From NCBI GenBank assembly GCA_003559395.1, contig PWLL01000065.1, forward strand, positions 1 to 7,095: a DNA stretch of 7,095 nucleotides, written 5' to 3'. Position 1 is the stretch's first letter. Each line of letters begins with the position of its first letter. The DNA comes from Candidatus Iainarchaeum sp. (GTDB taxonomy: Archaea; Iainarchaeota; Iainarchaeia; Iainarchaeales; CSSED10-239). The translations under genes were made by a program, and so were the position numbers. The notes below the pieces were generated by a model, which worked only from the letters and a program-made list of their open reading frames with translations, ran no database searches and was not told the origin of the DNA. Shown here piece by piece: positions 4,781 through 7,095 of this stretch.

Positions 4781-4990
4781 ATGAGCGATTTGCCAATTGC
4801 TGCAATAGATAGACTTGTTAGAAAAGCTGGAGCTGAAAGAGTCTCAGAAGAAGCAGCAATAGAACTTTCAAAAATACTTTCTGAAGTTGCTATTGATATT
4901 TCAAAACAAGCAATAGAACTTGCAAGACATGCAAAAAGAAAAACAGTTACTGGAGAAGATATAAAACTAGCAACAAAAACTATGCAATAA
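4781..4990 (+). CDS. Archaeal histone (HMfA/HMfB-type histone fold, single-domain, no tails)
   Basis: The 69-aa product MSDLPIAAIDRLVRKAGAERVSEEAAIELSKILSEVAIDISKQAIELARHAKRKTVTGEDIKLATKTMQ is collinear with HMfB. Shared elements are LPIA-x-I-x-R, AGAERVS, ARHA-x-RKT in the L2 loop, and the R...ED clamp. A strong GAGGTG Shine-Dalgarno lies 6 nt upstream. Confidence 0.95.
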   Translation: MSDLPIAAIDRLVRKAGAERVSEEAAIELSKILSEVAIDISKQAIELARHAKRKTVTGEDIKLATKTMQ

Positions 4991-4999
4991 AGATAAAAT

Positions 5000-5815
5000 A
5001 TGAACAACACAGATCTTCACATTCATTCTTATTATTCAGATGGTTCTTTTTCTCCAAAAGAAATAATTAATATAGCTATTAAAAAAAAACTAAAAGCAAT
5101 ATCTATAACAGATCATAATAGCCTATTTGGATCACAAGAAGCATATAATTATAAAAAAAATATAGAAATAATTCCAGGAATAGAAATAAATTCAAAAATC
5201 ACTGAAATTTTAGGTTATTTTATTGATTTTGAAGATAATAATCTTAATACAATTATAGAAGATATAAGAGAATCAAAAACATCAAGCACTTATGATAAAA
5301 TAGATCAACTAAAAGACATAAACGTAGATATAGAAGTTGAAGAAGTTTTAGAAAAAGTACATGAAAAATCATATCCTATGCTATCACATGTTGCAATGGT
5401 TCTAGAAGAAAAAAAAATCTGTGGATTTCAAGAATTTTTTGAAAAAATATTACCTAAAACAGAAAGAGCGTATCAAAAACAATATACTAACAAAAAAATA
5501 ATAAAAACAATAACCAATGCAGGAGGCGTTGCAGTGCTTCCGCATCCTTGGTTTTTATCTGAAAGAATTTTTGAAGAATTTGATTGTTTTCTTAGAAAGA
5601 TTGTTTCTTATGGAGTTTGCGGAATAGAAACAATGGGTGCTGTTCCTGACAAATTAAAACATAGAATGCCAATTATTATTGAAAAATGTAAAGAATATAA
5701 TCTTGTACCATGTGGAGGCTCTGATTTTCATTCAGACAAATATCTTAAACAAAACATTTTAGGTAAATATAATATACCATACAACACAATTACAAAACTA
5801 AAAAATCATTTATAG
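5000..5815 (+). CDS. PHP-domain metal-dependent phosphoesterase (COG0613 TrpH/YciV-like)
   Basis: 271-aa ORF starting 9 bp after the histone stop. PHP metal-ligand motifs occur in the canonical order: DLHIHSYYSDG (HIH at 5018..5026), ISITDHNSLFG, IPGIEIN, VAVLPHPW, CGGSDFH. TAG stop at 5813..5815. Confidence 0.85.
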   Translation: MNNTDLHIHSYYSDGSFSPKEIINIAIKKKLKAISITDHNSLFGSQEAYNYKKNIEIIPGIEINSKITEILGYFIDFEDNNLNTIIEDIRESKTSSTYDKIDQLKDINVDIEVEEVLEKVHEKSYPMLSHVAMVLEEKKICGFQEFFEKILPKTERAYQKQYTNKKIIKTITNAGGVAVLPHPWFLSERIFEEFDCFLRKIVSYGVCGIETMGAVPDKLKHRMPIIIEKCKEYNLVPCGGSDFHSDKYLKQNILGKYNIPYNTITKLKNHL

Positions 5816-6375
5816 TTTTTAATAATCTCGCCTACTACTTTTTCTACATCTTTCATTGTTTTTTTGTTTGTGTTTATTACATAATCAAAAACAGAAAGAT
5901 CTTGGCCTAAAGAAAAGCCATATATTTTTTTAAAATGAGTTTTGGAGAAAGCATCTTTTTTTTTAAGACTTTTTAAAGCCTCTTTAAATTTTATTTTGTT
6001 TCTTAAAGATATTCTTTTGGCTCTTTCTCTAACACTAGCACGTAACCATATTTTTAGGCCTCTTTTAGAAAGATAAGGCATAGTCCAAGAATCCATGATT
6101 ATGTTTTTTTCTTTGTTTATTATTTTTAAAAGAAAAGTATCTAACTTAATATCTATTTCTTCATTATCTTGTCGTTTATTATCAAGATTTGATTTTTCAT
6201 ACCATCCTTGATTCATAGCAGTATCTTTATAATTAATTTTATTTGTGGGAACACCTGACGAAATTTGTTTTAAAATATCTGAGCTGTGAATAGCTTTTAG
6301 TTTAAACTTTTTAGCAAGTGCATTAACTAGCACACTTTTTCCAGAACCTGAAAAACCACAAATAAATATATGCAT
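5806..6375 (-). CDS. cmk: Archaeal-type cytidylate kinase-like P-loop NMP kinase
   Basis: 189-aa ORF with Walker A GFSGSGKS (6334..6357). The C-terminal two-thirds (IIMDSWTMPYL...LKIWLRASVRERAKRISLRN...KKIYGFSLGQDLSVFDYVINTNK) is collinear with the archaeal Cmk family as I recall it (V-L-E-G-R, IWL-x-A-x-x-x-R-A-x-R-I, YGIDIDDLSIYDLVI-x-T). Substrate specificity is not provable from sequence. TGA stop at 5806..5808. Confidence 0.65.
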   Translation of the reverse strand: MHIFICGFSGSGKSVLVNALAKKFKLKAIHSSDILKQISSGVPTNKINYKDTAMNQGWYEKSNLDNKRQDNEEIDIKLDTFLLKIINKEKNIIMDSWTMPYLSKRGLKIWLRASVRERAKRISLRNKIKFKEALKSLKKKDAFSKTHFKKIYGFSLGQDLSVFDYVINTNKKTMKDVEKVVGEIIKNYK

Positions 6376-6397
6376 ATTTAATCTTTTTTATATATAT

Positions 6398-6407
6398 TAT
6401 AAACAAT
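6398..6407 (-). promoter_or_regulatory. BRE/TATA-like promoter core ATTGTTTATA (minus strand) for cmk; implies a leaderless mRNA
   Basis: Same 10-mer as at 2975..2984, and it also ends exactly 22 nt upstream of the start codon (6375). Confidence 0.45.
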
Positions 6408-6461
6408 CTTATTAAAAACTTATTTATAAAAAACTAGAAACAAAATAAATTGATTCTTAAT

Positions 6462-6483
6462 AAAAACACAAAGAAATAAAAAA
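6462..6483 (+). repeat. 22-nt exact direct repeat AAAAACACAAAGAAATAAAAAA; second copy at 6615..6636 inside the 5' end of the 6553.. ORF
   Basis: Both copies checked base by base. Copy 1 is intergenic, 70-91 nt upstream of the ATG at 6553. Copy 2 covers codons 21-28 (RKTQRNKK). Confidence 0.6.
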
Positions 6484-6552
6484 ACATACAAAGTGTTTAA
6501 TAATATAATGGTAATATAATATATAAAGAGAAAGAGAAAAAATTGAGAACCT

Positions 6553-7095
6553 ATGCGCTATTTAAGAAAAAAAACAAATCTTACAAAAGAGAAAATAAGA
6601 AATGCACAGATTAGAAAAACACAAAGAAATAAAAAACAAATAACAACAGAAGAACATCTGCAAAAAAGTACAGAATTGTATAAAAGACTACTAAAAGAAA
6701 GTTCAAAAAAAAGAATAAATAAAATGAGTTTATTTTTAGTAGAGTTAGAAGAAGCACTTATAAAAAGAGGAGTGACATCCTCATTAAAAAAAATAGGCCC
6801 TTTATCTGCACCAGAACAATTAAATAAACAACTATCAAAGATGGCAATCATATCAATAGGTCAAAAACTAAACAGAAACAATCTTGAAGAAGTAAAAATT
6901 TATAACAGACTTAAAAAATATTATGAAACAAAGTTTAAAGGAACAGATTCTGAAAAAAAAGCAATAAGAAAAGAACTAAGAGATGTAATATACGAAGCAT
7001 CTCCAAAAACAAGAGAAAAATATAAACAAAAAATAGAAAAATTACAAACAGAATTTTTTGAAATTTATAGAAAATATCAAACAAAAACCCAACAC
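6553..7095 (+). CDS. Hypothetical lysine-rich, predicted all-helical protein, 3'-truncated by the window edge (not in the supplied ORF track)
   Basis: I translated it by hand. The ATG at 6553 is the first ATG after the in-frame TGA at 6544..6546, and 181 sense codons follow with no stop up to base 7095 (MRYLRKKTNLTKEKIRNAQIRKTQRNKKQITTEEHLQKSTELYKRLLKE...EFFEIYRKYQTKTQH). The plus strand here is A-rich and purine-rich like every other coding strand in the window. The opposite-strand track ORF 6558..6851 is an F/L/C/S-rich shadow. No family recognised. Confidence 0.6.
   Translation, partial: MRYLRKKTNLTKEKIRNAQIRKTQRNKKQITTEEHLQKSTELYKRLLKESSKKRINKMSLFLVELEEALIKRGVTSSLKKIGPLSAPEQLNKQLSKMAIISIGQKLNRNNLEEVKIYNRLKKYYETKFKGTDSEKKAIRKELRDVIYEASPKTREKYKQKIEKLQTEFFEIYRKYQTKTQH

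Noticed and set aside
4756-5010. Minus-strand track ORF 4756..5010 (84 aa)
   Set aside because: It is exactly antisense to the unmistakable histone gene. Its product is a hydrophobic S/A/I/F-rich string with no motif.
6558-6851. Minus-strand track ORF 6558..6851 (97 aa)
   Set aside because: It is antisense to the longer (181+ codon) open plus-strand frame starting at 6553. Its product is F/L/C/S-rich like the other shadow ORFs, whereas the plus strand shows the A-rich, purine-rich bias shared by all confident coding strands in this window.
1-7095. Search for tRNA, rRNA, other structured RNA, CRISPR repeats, transposase or integrase genes, and terminal inverted repeats
   Set aside because: No intergenic stretch stands out as G+C-rich or cloverleaf-capable. 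No regularly spaced 25-40-bp repeats are present, and no ORF resembles a recombinase. The only repeats found are the short promoter-proximal ones listed in the features and findings.

Overview
This is a very AT-rich, tightly packed archaeal chromosomal segment; G+C looks like about a quarter to 30% by eye and was not computed. The archaeal assignment rests on a canonical HMf-type histone, an archaeal-type cytidylate kinase, a UPF0173 metallo-beta-lactamase-fold hydrolase and an NFACT-family protein. The low G+C, tiny spacers and divergent proteins suggest a small-genome, DPANN-like archaeon, but that is inference only. I support 10 protein-coding genes. Seven are on the minus strand and three on the plus strand, including a 181-codon plus-strand ORF that runs off the right edge and is missing from the supplied ORF track. 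TAA, TAG and TGA all terminate recognisable genes, so the standard genetic code applies. I see no rRNA, tRNA, CRISPR array or mobile element, and no G+C-rich island in any intergenic spacer. At larger scale, 75..4542 is a head-to-tail array of three two-gene cassettes on the minus strand. Each cassette opens with a winged-helix (wHTH) protein, is followed 4-11 bp later by a partner gene, and has its own perfect inverted repeat upstream. The most interesting candidates, in order: (1) a membrane-anchored ArsR-type wHTH translationally coupled to a DUF4349 membrane protein, a possible uncharacterised trans-membrane regulatory module; (2) a stand-alone C-terminal half of the RqcH/NEMF (NFACT) ribosome-quality-control factor; (3) an orphan 281-aa wHTH protein coupled to the MBL hydrolase; (4) a histone gene followed 9 bp later by a PHP phosphoesterase gene. 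All family assignments come from motif recognition by eye and need HMM or BLAST confirmation.
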